From a virus, in IMG/VR virus record IMGVR_UViG_3300027734_000042: DNA of 64,000 nucleotides. One strand, given 5' to 3'. The translations under genes were made by a program, and so were the position numbers. A model generated the notes under the pieces. That model was not told where the DNA came from. It did not search any database and worked only from the letters and a program-made list of their open reading frames with translations. The stretch's first letter is position 1. Each line of letters starts with the position of its first letter. Shown piece after piece: positions 36,148 through 46,589 of the stretch.

Positions 36148-37845
36148 ATGGATTTATTAAAAAAAAACAAAGCCAAAATATCTGATCTTTTAAGTCAAAC
36201 TTTTGACCTTATACAGGCAAGATATGGAATGTCGGATCAGCTTTTTACTGTAGCTTCCGTTTGGGGACAGATTATATTTGTTCTTGATAACTTATCACAG
36301 TTTATTCTTTTCTTTATAGAGGATTCGATTACTGAGTTAAATATTAACACTGCATCTAGAGAATCATCTATATACGGATTAGCAGCTTTAGCTGGTCATA
36401 ATCCAACTAGAGCGATAGCTTCAAAGGGAGAAGTAGTTATCATGTGGAACGGAAAAGGGTTCGAAAACGTAGGAGGAAGCGCAGTTTTAGTACCAAATAA
36501 TTCACAGTTAAAATGTATAAACAATGGTAAGACTTACTTATTAAAGTTAGCACAGGAATACACAAGATTAAACTTAGATCCAACATCTAAACTTATAGCT
36601 TCTATCGTAGAAGGAACAATAAATACCAATCAATATACAGGGACTGGACTAAAATTACAAAGTTATAATGTATCTGCCAGGGGTACTTCAAGTATAGAAA
36701 ACTTTGAAGTTAATGTTAAAGTGAACGGTGAATCGTGGAATAAATACGAATCATTATACGATATACCTAGGAATGCAAAAGGATTTATTGTTAAATCTTC
36801 TTTATCTTCGGGTATAGATATTTTCTTTGGAACTATAGATTTTGGTAGACCCCCTTCAGCTGGATCAGTTATCGAAGTTAATTATTTAGAATGCACAGGA
36901 TCATCTGGAAACGTATTAGTTGAAGATGCAAGTCAGGCTATTTTTAGATTTGACGCAGACGGAACTGATCTATTTGGATCTAGTGTTACTTTACAGGACG
37001 TACTAAAAGTTTCTTGCTCTATTGCTCCTCAATTAGGTGCAAACCAAGAATCTGTAGATTTAACTAGACTTATAGCTCCTAAAACTTCAAGAAGTTTTGT
37101 TCTTGCTAATCCAACTAACTATATTACATTCTTTGAAAAGTTTGGACAATTCTCTATAATAGAGGCATTCACAACATTCGATGATCAATATCTTGACGAT
37201 GACAATATCATTTATTTAATCCTTGTACCAGATATTCAATTAACACTAAAAAGTAACGAAACATATTTTGATGTTCCTCTTTCTAGATTTAAACTAACTC
37301 AATCACAAAGGGCTAGAATCTATCAATTGTTAGACGAGAGTGGGCAGAAGATAGTTACTACTGTTGTTAAAATATTAGACCCAGTACTAACAAGATATGT
37401 AGTTAACATCGCTATTACTATTTTTGAAGGAAACGATCCTGATACAATTAAGAGTCAAATCGTTAGCATTCTTAGTGATTACTTTTTAAATATTAGAAGA
37501 AGAGATAAGATCCCTAGATCAGATTTGATCGCTGCTGTAGAAGGGATAACAGGAATAGATTCGGTTTCTTTGTATTTTGTTGGTGAAGAAAACGAAGCAG
37601 CTAAAGCTCAAAATGTTAATTCTCCAGAAATAGGATTCGATGAATTTGGTGATATAATTATGAAAAATGACGAGATAGTAGTTATATCAGGTGGATGGGA
37701 AGATAGAAACGGTATCTATTATGATTACGGATCTGGTATGAATACACTATCATCTGTTAATATTGATGTTAGAGCTATTGTACCTGTTACTTATAATACT
37801 AAGGTTAATAACATATTAAAAAGTTCGTTAAAAACAGGAAATTAA
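36148..37845 (+). CDS. baseplate wedge protein, T4 gp6 / baseplate J-like
   Basis: TASRESSIYGLAALAGHNP, IFFGTIDFGRPP, GANQES...AP; follows gp25. Confidence 0.75.
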   Translation: MDLLKKNKAKISDLLSQTFDLIQARYGMSDQLFTVASVWGQIIFVLDNLSQFILFFIEDSITELNINTASRESSIYGLAALAGHNPTRAIASKGEVVIMWNGKGFENVGGSAVLVPNNSQLKCINNGKTYLLKLAQEYTRLNLDPTSKLIASIVEGTINTNQYTGTGLKLQSYNVSARGTSSIENFEVNVKVNGESWNKYESLYDIPRNAKGFIVKSSLSSGIDIFFGTIDFGRPPSAGSVIEVNYLECTGSSGNVLVEDASQAIFRFDADGTDLFGSSVTLQDVLKVSCSIAPQLGANQESVDLTRLIAPKTSRSFVLANPTNYITFFEKFGQFSIIEAFTTFDDQYLDDDNIIYLILVPDIQLTLKSNETYFDVPLSRFKLTQSQRARIYQLLDESGQKIVTTVVKILDPVLTRYVVNIAITIFEGNDPDTIKSQIVSILSDYFLNIRRRDKIPRSDLIAAVEGITGIDSVSLYFVGEENEAAKAQNVNSPEIGFDEFGDIIMKNDEIVVISGGWEDRNGIYYDYGSGMNTLSSVNIDVRAIVPVTYNTKVNNILKSSLKTGN

Positions 37846-37846
37846 G

Positions 37847-38095
37847 ATGGAAGATAAAAAGAGTTGGTACGAATTTATACAATCCCAGAATGATATAAGA
37901 TCTAACAAGGGATTTGATTATGAGGGTAAGATTTTTGAAAAGACCCTTTCTAATCAAGTTATGCAAGGTGATGCTAACAGGATAGATATCTTAGCTAGTA
38001 TAGAAAGAGTGGTTTATCAATTATTTGAAACCACTAAGTATATTAAGAATTACATTAATTATACAGTACCAAAAAATAATAAGTACGTAAGATAA
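37847..38095 (+). CDS. hypothetical baseplate-associated protein
   Basis: 82 aa, TAAGATG junctions on both sides. Confidence 0.65.
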   Translation: MEDKKSWYEFIQSQNDIRSNKGFDYEGKIFEKTLSNQVMQGDANRIDILASIERVVYQLFETTKYIKNYINYTVPKNNKYVR

Positions 38096-38096
38096 G

Positions 38097-41000
38097 ATGA
38101 CTACTCAAAACCTTTTATTTTTCGATAAAAAAGGAGACCAATACAATTTTGAATGGAATGGTGATTATTGGGAAGGATCAGTTCTTTTTCCTATAGTTTC
38201 AGAGAAGCTTTTTGAAGTTGAAAACATATTTGTGATAGAGAAATTTTTAAATAATCTATCTGAATTAAAATACGGATTTCCACATGCAGATGGAATTAGT
38301 CCAGGATCTCCTGTTTGGAGAACTAGATGGGAGTCTAGCTTTGATGGTAAAACTGATGTATCATCCATTATTTATACCTATGAATTGGGTATAGATTCAA
38401 ATTTAGATGCTCCAGTTTTAGTTAAAGCAACTAATGTTGAATTTTATCCAGAGGTTGTTCCTGGTGATGCTATAGCTTCCCCTTCTGGATTAGTAGTAAC
38501 ATCAGATATCAATTCATCTTCGATGCAAATAAACATTGCTTTAAATTCGGAGAGCGAAGGAATATACGACAGGACTTTAATATTCGAGGATTACAGTGAT
38601 TCTAATAATCCTGTAACTATATTGAAAGTTAATTTTCATGGTGAGGTTGAAGGTGAGGACAGTAGACTATCTGTGCTATTAGACAACTTCGGAAGATCTT
38701 TCAATGTTTCTGATTCTTTTATAGTTAGAGAAACTGACATCAAAGAGGAATTACCGAATTACGAAATAATAAACAATAAGAGGAAAGAACTATTATTAAC
38801 AGGAGAAAGTATATTCCCTTATTTAGGATCGTATAAATCTTTGTTTAATGCAATTAAGTTCTTTGGGTATTATGATCTTAGAATTAAAGAGTATTGGCTG
38901 AATGTTCACGTTGACAGTGCGGATGTATTAACCCCACTACAACAGAATAGTAAAATATTAAATCAGTTAGGTAAAACTAATTTAGAGGGGCAGAATTCTT
39001 TACAATTAATAAGTAGTTTATTAAAGGATGAGAATGAAGGTAAATTTAAACAAGTTGAGGTATACGGTAAAAAGAGTGATGGTACTTTTGGATTAAAGAA
39101 ACAATTTGAGGAAATATTTCCTTCTAAATCGTACAAGAAAACTGCTCTATTTGGTTTATTCTATGATATAAATAGAGAAGTCGAAGGACAGGATGAGGAT
39201 AAATACGGATATCCTATAGTAGAAGATGCTTTTGCATTTAGTCCAGAGGAAGTACTTATAAAACTATTTGGATTAAAAGAAAGACTTAAGAGAGATTATT
39301 TACCTTTAAATGCAAGAATAGTAGATATAACAGGTGAAGGAATTTACTTTAATATTTACAAAACTAGGGGATGGGTTGATCAGCTAGGTATAGATGAAAT
39401 TAAATCTGGAATAGAGGTAGACTTTACAGTTTCTCCTGAAAATGGATACATTGAGGATTTAAGACCTTTTTATACTAAACCAAACCAGAGCGGACTTTTA
39501 TATCCTAATATTAATGGAACAGAACTAGGTATAAGTTTTCTGGGTAATACAGTAGATCCATATTCATATTTTCAGGAATATCCTATTTCTTCTATACCAG
39601 ATTTAGAGAAAGGTATTAATAATTTTTATAGCGAGGTTAAAAACGGGGTTCTTCCTAAATTCTTAGGCGACGGTGATTATGATTATCCTGGTTATAAACT
39701 TTTCTCTGACGGAAGTGATTATGTATTCCCTGCGGGATTTCCAGTAATAATTAAGGATAACACTTTTGATTTAGCGTGGGATGAAGTTTCTGGAGGCTGG
39801 AATTCTTTAGATACCACTATAACTACTACAAGTTTAGATATAGCAAGTTACACTAGTACCACACAGAACAACCCAGGAGCTACGCTTCAAACTGTTAATA
39901 GTACCAATACAATAACTTTGAGTAATTCATTCCCTCAGGGTATAACTATTAACATAGGATCTGGTAATAATTGGTTCGATACAGCTACTCCTCAAGTTCT
40001 ATTCATTAGGGCTGAATCTGTAAATTCACCTGGAAATTTATTACTAGGATATTCTAGTGATGGTGATTACAATACTTCTACTGGTGATTTATTTATACAA
40101 GTAATAAACACTAGAGGGTCTGGATCTTATTCTAATTGGAATGTAACTCCAACTAATATAACCTTCAATCCTTATACTTTTGAGTATTTTGAAAACTATA
40201 TACATTCTGGAGGATTCTATTCTTGGGACAGATTACCTTATTTAGACTTCTATGAAATAGAATGGACTATTTCTAAAGATGATGATAGACCTTATTATTT
40301 CCAAATTAGAGGACAGCTACCGGAGTTAGATACGTTACCCCACTTCTTACCATATAGCGGTATTTATAATGTTCAGTGTAGAGTTTGGGACACGTTAAAT
40401 TCAATATCGCTTGGTATAAAGAAAAGCGTAATTAATGTATCTAAAAGAGAGATAGAATTAAATACCATTACAAGATTTAGAGAATCTGAAACATACGATT
40501 GGGATAACACAATATTAAAATGGGACAGCTACCCATCCCAGTGGCTATTCCCTGTTGAGAACACTGATACTGTAAAAAATATATCAGATTACATTCAGAA
40601 TTTCCCAGAGTATTCTAATAACTACGAGGAGGGACAAACATGTGAGGTTCTTACACATCTACCAGAGGTAAGATCAACGGTAACTTTTGATATGGGGGTA
40701 ACAAGTACTTCAATATCTACTATAGCTAGCGTAGCTGTTGGTGGTGGATATTCTCTTGCTGTGGTAACAACCACGTCGAATCACGGATTAACGTCAGGTG
40801 AAACTGTTTGGATTTACAATTCGGTTGGCGCGTCTTATGGTATTTTTCCAATAACAGTTTTAACTAATAATACTTTTGAAATACCTCAGGTAGTTATAAC
40901 ACCTATAACGGGAGGTAATGTTTATGGAAGTGGTACAGTTAAGCTTATTGCTGATGGTTTGGAAATAGCCAGCTGTTCATTCCAGGGAGATATAAATTCT

Positions 41001-44000
41001 ACTACTAGCTTAGTTTATAGTACTGTAAATTCATCTCCTTTTAATCCTAAATACAAAGTTACAAGTTTAATTGATTCAGTAACAAATACTGGACAAAAAA
41101 CATTCACTTTACAGGCACCAAATAATTCAGGAAGTATATGGAATAGTAAAGCATTAGTTTTACAAACAACCGGATCTATAACTACGAGTGCATCTAATAT
41201 TTTATTCAGCGGAGGACTAAACGAAAGAGACGAATACTTATCTTATAATTTTGGTTCTTTACCTAAGCCCGAAATGAAATATTGGGGGACTAAGAAATTA
41301 GCATGGGACACTTTCGAAGATTTCGAATTTGCTAAAGCTTATGCTCATACTTGGGACATGCTAGACTACCATAATGATTGGTTAGGCGGATTTAATTTAT
41401 ACTCTTTACAATACGGCGATAGAATAAAAATCACAGAAGATTCTAATGGCATTGTTCTAGGAGAAGCTGATTCTCCATCTAATAATTATTTAGATCTTTC
41501 AGAAGCAGCAAGTCAGCTTAATGATTCAATTGACGATAATATAAAAAGATTTGATTATGTAGTTAGGGGATTCTCTGAACTACCTAATAATTTTTATCCA
41601 AATCAGAATCCAATATCACCGGATCTTAGTACAAATCCGGGTCCTAAGAATATAAAATCTGATTTTTATAGTATCCCTACTTATTCACCTATTACTTTAT
41701 ATCCTACTTCGATCGGATGGGATGGTGATGGGGATATTTGGGTAACTGGTGAGGATGTGGTTAAATTCGACGGATTAAACTTTACCAGCTATGACTCTTC
41801 AAATAGTGTTATGCCTGGATTAGGATTAAAGACTAATACTATTAAAATAGATCGGAATGATATTAAATGGATAGGTATAGATAATACTATGACTCCTTTA
41901 GTACAACTAAACGACATTCAACCTACTCTTAGTAAAGCTTATTCCGTAACAGATTTTGTAGACAATGGGGGAAACCCCGTTTGTCCCCCTATAAATTCTA
42001 GTATTAAGGTAATAGAAATAAATCCACAGACTGGAGATATTTTTGCAGCATTTGTTTCTGTTTCTTCACCTTCTTATGATGGACTTTTATTTTATGATTC
42101 ACATGCTAAATCTTGGAATCTTTACACAACAGCAAATTCGGATATTCCTTCTGGTGATATAAGAGACCTTAGATTAGAATACTACGGAATAAATAAATGG
42201 TATCTTTGGATTGCAACAGATAATGGACTTTCTAGATTTAATGGTGTTGGATTTAAAAATTATGACACAACAAATTCTGGTATTTATTCTGATTCAATTT
42301 ATTCAATAGAGCTTGATTCATTAAATCATAAATGGATAGGAACAACAGACGGATTAGTTTATTGGGATAATATTAGATGGGCAGTGTGGAATAATACTAC
42401 TAACCCTGAAATATCTATCGGTAAATTTGGTAATATAGTGGAAACCGGAAATTCTAATATATGGTTTACTATAGATCCTTCGACTTCCCCAGGAAACACT
42501 GAATTATATTTCTTTGACGGATATTTTTTCACTAAAGTGCTATACAGAAACGATGGAACAACACTAATAAGCCCTTGCAATGTGCTACAAGGAAAAACAC
42601 TTCTTTCTGCTCCTTGGAAGACCATTAAAAATGGAGAGACAACTTATCCTAAGAATATATTACTTGTTACTGATCTTGGAGAGATTGCTAAGATTGATTA
42701 TGTGATTCCACATATACATGCAACTTCAAAATCACCAGGTACACAAGGATGGGATTTTGTTTATTATGATTCATCAATGCCGCTTCCTTCGATTAAATAT
42801 ATTCACGACGGGGGTATTGGATATTCTCAATTAGGATTTAACTTTATAGTAGGTCCTTTAGTTGATAATATAACACTCAATTCTGATTACACTAGACCAA
42901 TCATGCCTTCAGTTGACAGATACTCTTGGTCTAAGCCAAATGGGCAGCGCTACAACATTAATTACATCAAAGACCAGTTTCCATCTTTGAACCTGGACAA
43001 TGTCTTCTTATACGCTCCGCTACGCGATATTATAAGTGGTAAAGCGACATACGAGAACTACTGGAGGAACTCTCAGATAGAAAGAATAGCTCAGAAAAAA
43101 TCTAGGGATTTATTTCAGAATTTTGAATGGGTTATCACATTAGGAAATAGCAGTCCAGATCAAGGAATTAAAGTCACAGTGGATCTTGAAGGTGATATTA
43201 TTACAATAGGTGATTTTAACGGAACCATATTTATGGGAGAAGTTAATAACGTTGGAACTCAGGACATATATTTAACAACAGCAGAACAAGGAGTTTATAT
43301 AGCTAAATATAACAAGGGCGGGGTTTTACAATGGGCAAGAGCTATAACTTCAACAGTTTTACAAGGTCCTATTTATGCTAGATCTGTTATAACCGACACA
43401 TATTCAAATATTTATGTAGTAAGTGATAATTCAGTAACCGGATTTATAGAAATTAATAAATACAATAGTGATGGTGTATTGCTAAACGCTATAAATCTAC
43501 CGGTTACACCTGATCAATTTATAGGAGACATTAAAGTAGATCAATATGAGAATTTATTTATATGTGGATCATTTGAAGGAACACTCACATTAGGAGATAT
43601 AGTATTAGATTCACCTACTCAAGGTGTGGGATATCTTGCAAAATTGGATTCGACCCTTACATTTATCTGGGCTAAAAAACTAAGTTCAATAGATGCTTCA
43701 CAAGCTAATGAATTAGCAGTACTAAAAGATGGATATTTATATTTAACTGGTATATTTGACGGACAACTGGATCTTGGACCTATAATATTAAATGCAGCTA
43801 GTACAGGAGATATGTTTATTGGTAAATTTAACACTGGAGATGGAACGTGTATTTGGAGTGAATCTTTTGCAGGTACTCCATCAACTTCGTTTAATTCCCC
43901 TTCAATATGTGTAGATCCGAAAGGACATATATTAGTTACCGGATCTTTTGACGGAACAATGGAGATAGAAAATACATCTATAACTTCTTTCGGTGGTATA

Positions 44001-44879
44001 TTTGATGTGTTTGTCTTAAAGCTTCTCTCTACTGGAAAATTAATTTGGCTTAAGATGTGCGGAGGAGTTTCTGGAACTCTTGCTTTTGATATAGAGAGTG
44101 ATTCAGATGAGAATGTTTATATAACAGGAGCATTCGAAGGTACAGCTTATTTTTCACCCGATACAATTTATTCTAGAGGCGGAGAAGATATCTATTTAAC
44201 TAAATTCAATAAGGATGGTACTATTGTAGATATAGTTACTGCAGGTGGTATAAATTATGATAAAGGAGCGGATCTTGTCTTAGATAAAGAGGAAAATATT
44301 TATCTAACGGGATATTTTGAGGGTGAGGCAGAGTTTTCACCATATTTAGTCCTATCACCTCCCGGAACAAGTCTTGATGCTTTCCTAGGAAAAATACCTA
44401 AAGAGAGATTTAGAAGCGGGCTTAAAATAGGTGCTATCCAATCATGGACAGGATCTCATTCATGGTCATGGAAAGAGGATAGATTTTATGAAAAAGAATT
44501 TGAAATACCTTTAGCTTCTACAATTTTTATTAATCCTATAGACTCTTTAATACCAGGTAAGAAAGATCATATTTGGACATTAACAGATACTGAGAGCGGA
44601 GAGGTAATTGTAAAAATTAGAAAAACCCCTTATTTTATATGGACGTTTACAAGCCCAGGATTCTATACCATAAGTTGTCAATTACAAGATGCTAACGGAA
44701 ATCTATATGATGTAACTCATGATGGTAAAATAAGAGTCATAGATCACAAAGAACCTTTTGCAGGGGATTTAACACCAGATGTAGTTAATCCGGACGATTT
44801 CTTAAAAAGATCAATATACTATGATCGAAAAGAAATGGGGTTTCCCCCATTATCTAAATTCGACATAGGAATGCCTTAA
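38097..44879 (+). CDS. giant (2260 aa) baseplate wedge gp7-like protein with PKD-like, two-component-regulator propeller and SBBP beta-propeller repeats
   Basis: YLGSYKSLFNAIKFFGY; Reg_prop-like YxxxNSxxxSxxI...D....WIGT; SBBP-like DxxxNxYxTGxFxG repeats. Confidence 0.7.
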   Translation: MTTQNLLFFDKKGDQYNFEWNGDYWEGSVLFPIVSEKLFEVENIFVIEKFLNNLSELKYGFPHADGISPGSPVWRTRWESSFDGKTDVSSIIYTYELGIDSNLDAPVLVKATNVEFYPEVVPGDAIASPSGLVVTSDINSSSMQINIALNSESEGIYDRTLIFEDYSDSNNPVTILKVNFHGEVEGEDSRLSVLLDNFGRSFNVSDSFIVRETDIKEELPNYEIINNKRKELLLTGESIFPYLGSYKSLFNAIKFFGYYDLRIKEYWLNVHVDSADVLTPLQQNSKILNQLGKTNLEGQNSLQLISSLLKDENEGKFKQVEVYGKKSDGTFGLKKQFEEIFPSKSYKKTALFGLFYDINREVEGQDEDKYGYPIVEDAFAFSPEEVLIKLFGLKERLKRDYLPLNARIVDITGEGIYFNIYKTRGWVDQLGIDEIKSGIEVDFTVSPENGYIEDLRPFYTKPNQSGLLYPNINGTELGISFLGNTVDPYSYFQEYPISSIPDLEKGINNFYSEVKNGVLPKFLGDGDYDYPGYKLFSDGSDYVFPAGFPVIIKDNTFDLAWDEVSGGWNSLDTTITTTSLDIASYTSTTQNNPGATLQTVNSTNTITLSNSFPQGITINIGSGNNWFDTATPQVLFIRAESVNSPGNLLLGYSSDGDYNTSTGDLFIQVINTRGSGSYSNWNVTPTNITFNPYTFEYFENYIHSGGFYSWDRLPYLDFYEIEWTISKDDDRPYYFQIRGQLPELDTLPHFLPYSGIYNVQCRVWDTLNSISLGIKKSVINVSKREIELNTITRFRESETYDWDNTILKWDSYPSQWLFPVENTDTVKNISDYIQNFPEYSNNYEEGQTCEVLTHLPEVRSTVTFDMGVTSTSISTIASVAVGGGYSLAVVTTTSNHGLTSGETVWIYNSVGASYGIFPITVLTNNTFEIPQVVITPITGGNVYGSGTVKLIADGLEIASCSFQGDINSTTSLVYSTVNSSPFNPKYKVTSLIDSVTNTGQKTFTLQAPNNSGSIWNSKALVLQTTGSITTSASNILFSGGLNERDEYLSYNFGSLPKPEMKYWGTKKLAWDTFEDFEFAKAYAHTWDMLDYHNDWLGGFNLYSLQYGDRIKITEDSNGIVLGEADSPSNNYLDLSEAASQLNDSIDDNIKRFDYVVRGFSELPNNFYPNQNPISPDLSTNPGPKNIKSDFYSIPTYSPITLYPTSIGWDGDGDIWVTGEDVVKFDGLNFTSYDSSNSVMPGLGLKTNTIKIDRNDIKWIGIDNTMTPLVQLNDIQPTLSKAYSVTDFVDNGGNPVCPPINSSIKVIEINPQTGDIFAAFVSVSSPSYDGLLFYDSHAKSWNLYTTANSDIPSGDIRDLRLEYYGINKWYLWIATDNGLSRFNGVGFKNYDTTNSGIYSDSIYSIELDSLNHKWIGTTDGLVYWDNIRWAVWNNTTNPEISIGKFGNIVETGNSNIWFTIDPSTSPGNTELYFFDGYFFTKVLYRNDGTTLISPCNVLQGKTLLSAPWKTIKNGETTYPKNILLVTDLGEIAKIDYVIPHIHATSKSPGTQGWDFVYYDSSMPLPSIKYIHDGGIGYSQLGFNFIVGPLVDNITLNSDYTRPIMPSVDRYSWSKPNGQRYNINYIKDQFPSLNLDNVFLYAPLRDIISGKATYENYWRNSQIERIAQKKSRDLFQNFEWVITLGNSSPDQGIKVTVDLEGDIITIGDFNGTIFMGEVNNVGTQDIYLTTAEQGVYIAKYNKGGVLQWARAITSTVLQGPIYARSVITDTYSNIYVVSDNSVTGFIEINKYNSDGVLLNAINLPVTPDQFIGDIKVDQYENLFICGSFEGTLTLGDIVLDSPTQGVGYLAKLDSTLTFIWAKKLSSIDASQANELAVLKDGYLYLTGIFDGQLDLGPIILNAASTGDMFIGKFNTGDGTCIWSESFAGTPSTSFNSPSICVDPKGHILVTGSFDGTMEIENTSITSFGGIFDVFVLKLLSTGKLIWLKMCGGVSGTLAFDIESDSDENVYITGAFEGTAYFSPDTIYSRGGEDIYLTKFNKDGTIVDIVTAGGINYDKGADLVLDKEENIYLTGYFEGEAEFSPYLVLSPPGTSLDAFLGKIPKERFRSGLKIGAIQSWTGSHSWSWKEDRFYEKEFEIPLASTIFINPIDSLIPGKKDHIWTLTDTESGEVIVKIRKTPYFIWTFTSPGFYTISCQLQDANGNLYDVTHDGKIRVIDHKEPFAGDLTPDVVNPDDFLKRSIYYDRKEMGFPPLSKFDIGMP

Positions 44880-45547
44880 GTGGTGTATTCCTTATAAACA
44901 TCTAAGATCTCAGGAACAATAGGATGTCTGTGATTTTTCTTTAATGAAATAACTTTAACTCCTGGTATTCTAGCAGCAATAGTATTCATGAAATCTAGTC
45001 CGGATTCTTTTTTGTTTTTTAAATCTATCTGAGAGGTATCTCCACAGATAATAATTTTAGAACCAATACCAAGTCTTCCTAGAACCATCTCCATTTGACT
45101 CATAGTTACGTTCTGTGCCTCGTCGACAATAACACAAGCATTAACTAAAGTTCTTCCTCTCATGAAAGGAAAAGGTAATATTTCTATAATATCTTCGGAT
45201 AGTAATTTTTCAATCTTAGTTTTATCGTAGATCATTTCAAGATTTGAATAGATCGGTGCTAACCACGGATCCATTTTCTCTTTTAAATCCCCAGGTAGAA
45301 ACCCAATATCCTCTTTTGCCACTGTGGGTCTTGTGATTACCAATTTCTCAATTTCCCTGTTAAATAACATGTCTAAAGCTATTTGTACTGCTAATAACGT
45401 TTTACCGGATCCAGCAGCTCCTTTAAGCACATTAACTGGATTTTCCAGAATAATAGCTTTAGCTTCTTTTTGTTCTTCGTTCAGATTGATTTTGAATTTG
45501 ATAGGATTTTTTGGTTTTCTTTTTTGTGTCCAGTTGTTTTCGGTCAT
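44876..45547 (-). CDS. phoH: PhoH family ATPase
   Basis: GAAGSGKT, ITRP, GFLPG, FMRGRTL, IVDEAQN, GDTSQID, RHP; ATG 45547 preferred. Confidence 0.95.
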   Translation of the reverse strand: MTENNWTQKRKPKNPIKFKINLNEEQKEAKAIILENPVNVLKGAAGSGKTLLAVQIALDMLFNREIEKLVITRPTVAKEDIGFLPGDLKEKMDPWLAPIYSNLEMIYDKTKIEKLLSEDIIEILPFPFMRGRTLVNACVIVDEAQNVTMSQMEMVLGRLGIGSKIIICGDTSQIDLKNKKESGLDFMNTIAARIPGVKVISLKKNHRHPIVPEILDVYKEYTT

Positions 45548-45563
45548 AAGATTCTTTTTTTTC

Positions 45564-45584
45564 GGAAACATATTCCATGTTTCC
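45564..45584 (-). promoter_or_regulatory. 8-bp-stem hairpin in phoH 5' leader
   Basis: GGAAACAT-attcc-ATGTTTCC perfect inverted repeat. Confidence 0.5.
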
Positions 45585-45595
45585 CAGTTTAATAA

Positions 45596-45637
45596 ATATC
45601 CTGTCTTTTCCTATTGTAATAAATACAGGATATATAT
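45596..45637. promoter_or_regulatory. divergent putative late promoters (ACAGGATATWTAT on both strands)
   Basis: atatcctgt at 45596-45604 and acaggatatatat ending at 45637. Confidence 0.55.
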
Positions 45638-45655
45638 CAAAAAAAGAAAATTCAA

Positions 45656-46573
45656 ATGGCAATCACAATTACAGAAATTCTTGGAACAGATTCTATATCA
45701 GGATCAAGACTAACTATTAATGCTAACTTTTTACTTCTAGAGAACGCTTATAATGATTTAGAGGACACGTTTAATATTAACGTTCTAACCGGATCGATGG
45801 ACGTATCTAGTGCATCTAGTGGACAAATCAAAGCTAAATCGTTACTTGCTAACAGTTTGGTCATGCCTTCTTCAGGTGCACCAACTATACAAGTTTACGG
45901 AACTGGAGCTAGTGCTGGTTTTATGGTAGCTTCTAGCACCGTAGCCGCAGCTACTGGTATCTTCTCTAATACTTTACAGGTTAACTCAATGTCAGCTTCA
46001 GGGGCAGCAACTTTTGGTGCTACTGCTACTTTCTCTAGCCAGTTAAACGTAGAAGGAAGAATGTCAATGGGAGCTTCCGGTAATTTTGTTAATACCAATA
46101 GAAAAGCAACAGTAGGATCCACAACAGCTTTCCCTTCTGCTCCAGGAGCAGGAGTAACTGGGACTTACTCTTCACCTTACCAATTAAATTTAACGGAGAA
46201 TGTTATTTATATACGATCAAATTATGTTTCGGGTGCGCCAGCTGATGCTGGATTTACTACAGGATTTTTCTTTTACGCTACAACAGGCACTGGAGCAACT
46301 GCTTCTGCTATTCCTTCAGGTTATACAGTAACTTTAATTGATACTGCTACTAGTGCAGGATCTATTGTTACAGGAGTTACTGGACCTGCTCCTTATTATT
46401 ATACAGGATTTTCAACAGGTGACGCATCTTATTCTTCGCCTTCTATACAAACTCCTGGAGATCAATACAAATCTTCTATAACTCTTATGTGGGAGCCAAG
46501 AATAGATCAATCAGGAGCTATACAAAAAGGATCTTGGGTGGTTGTTAACTCTACACCAGGCTTTACATTCTAA
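45656..46573 (+). CDS. Ser/Thr/Gly-rich virion fibre-like protein
   Basis: N-terminal ILGTDSISGSRLTINANF fibre-docking motif; beta-rich low complexity. Confidence 0.6.
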   Translation: MAITITEILGTDSISGSRLTINANFLLLENAYNDLEDTFNINVLTGSMDVSSASSGQIKAKSLLANSLVMPSSGAPTIQVYGTGASAGFMVASSTVAAATGIFSNTLQVNSMSASGAATFGATATFSSQLNVEGRMSMGASGNFVNTNRKATVGSTTAFPSAPGAGVTGTYSSPYQLNLTENVIYIRSNYVSGAPADAGFTTGFFFYATTGTGATASAIPSGYTVTLIDTATSAGSIVTGVTGPAPYYYTGFSTGDASYSSPSIQTPGDQYKSSITLMWEPRIDQSGAIQKGSWVVVNSTPGFTF

Positions 46574-46589
46574 TAAAGAAAATTAAACA

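Noticed and set aside
42942-43076. tRNA on the minus strand of the GC-rich patch (GGTTCAAA seen)
   Set aside because: No T-arm pairing or cloverleaf could be built; no tRNA or rRNA recognised anywhere in the window
19842-44879. Bacterial T6SS/eCIS or prophage-remnant interpretation
   Set aside because: gp13-like neck, phoH, CTS-like proteins and late boxes indicate a lytic T4-like phage; no TssJLM, ClpV or Afp15-like genes seen
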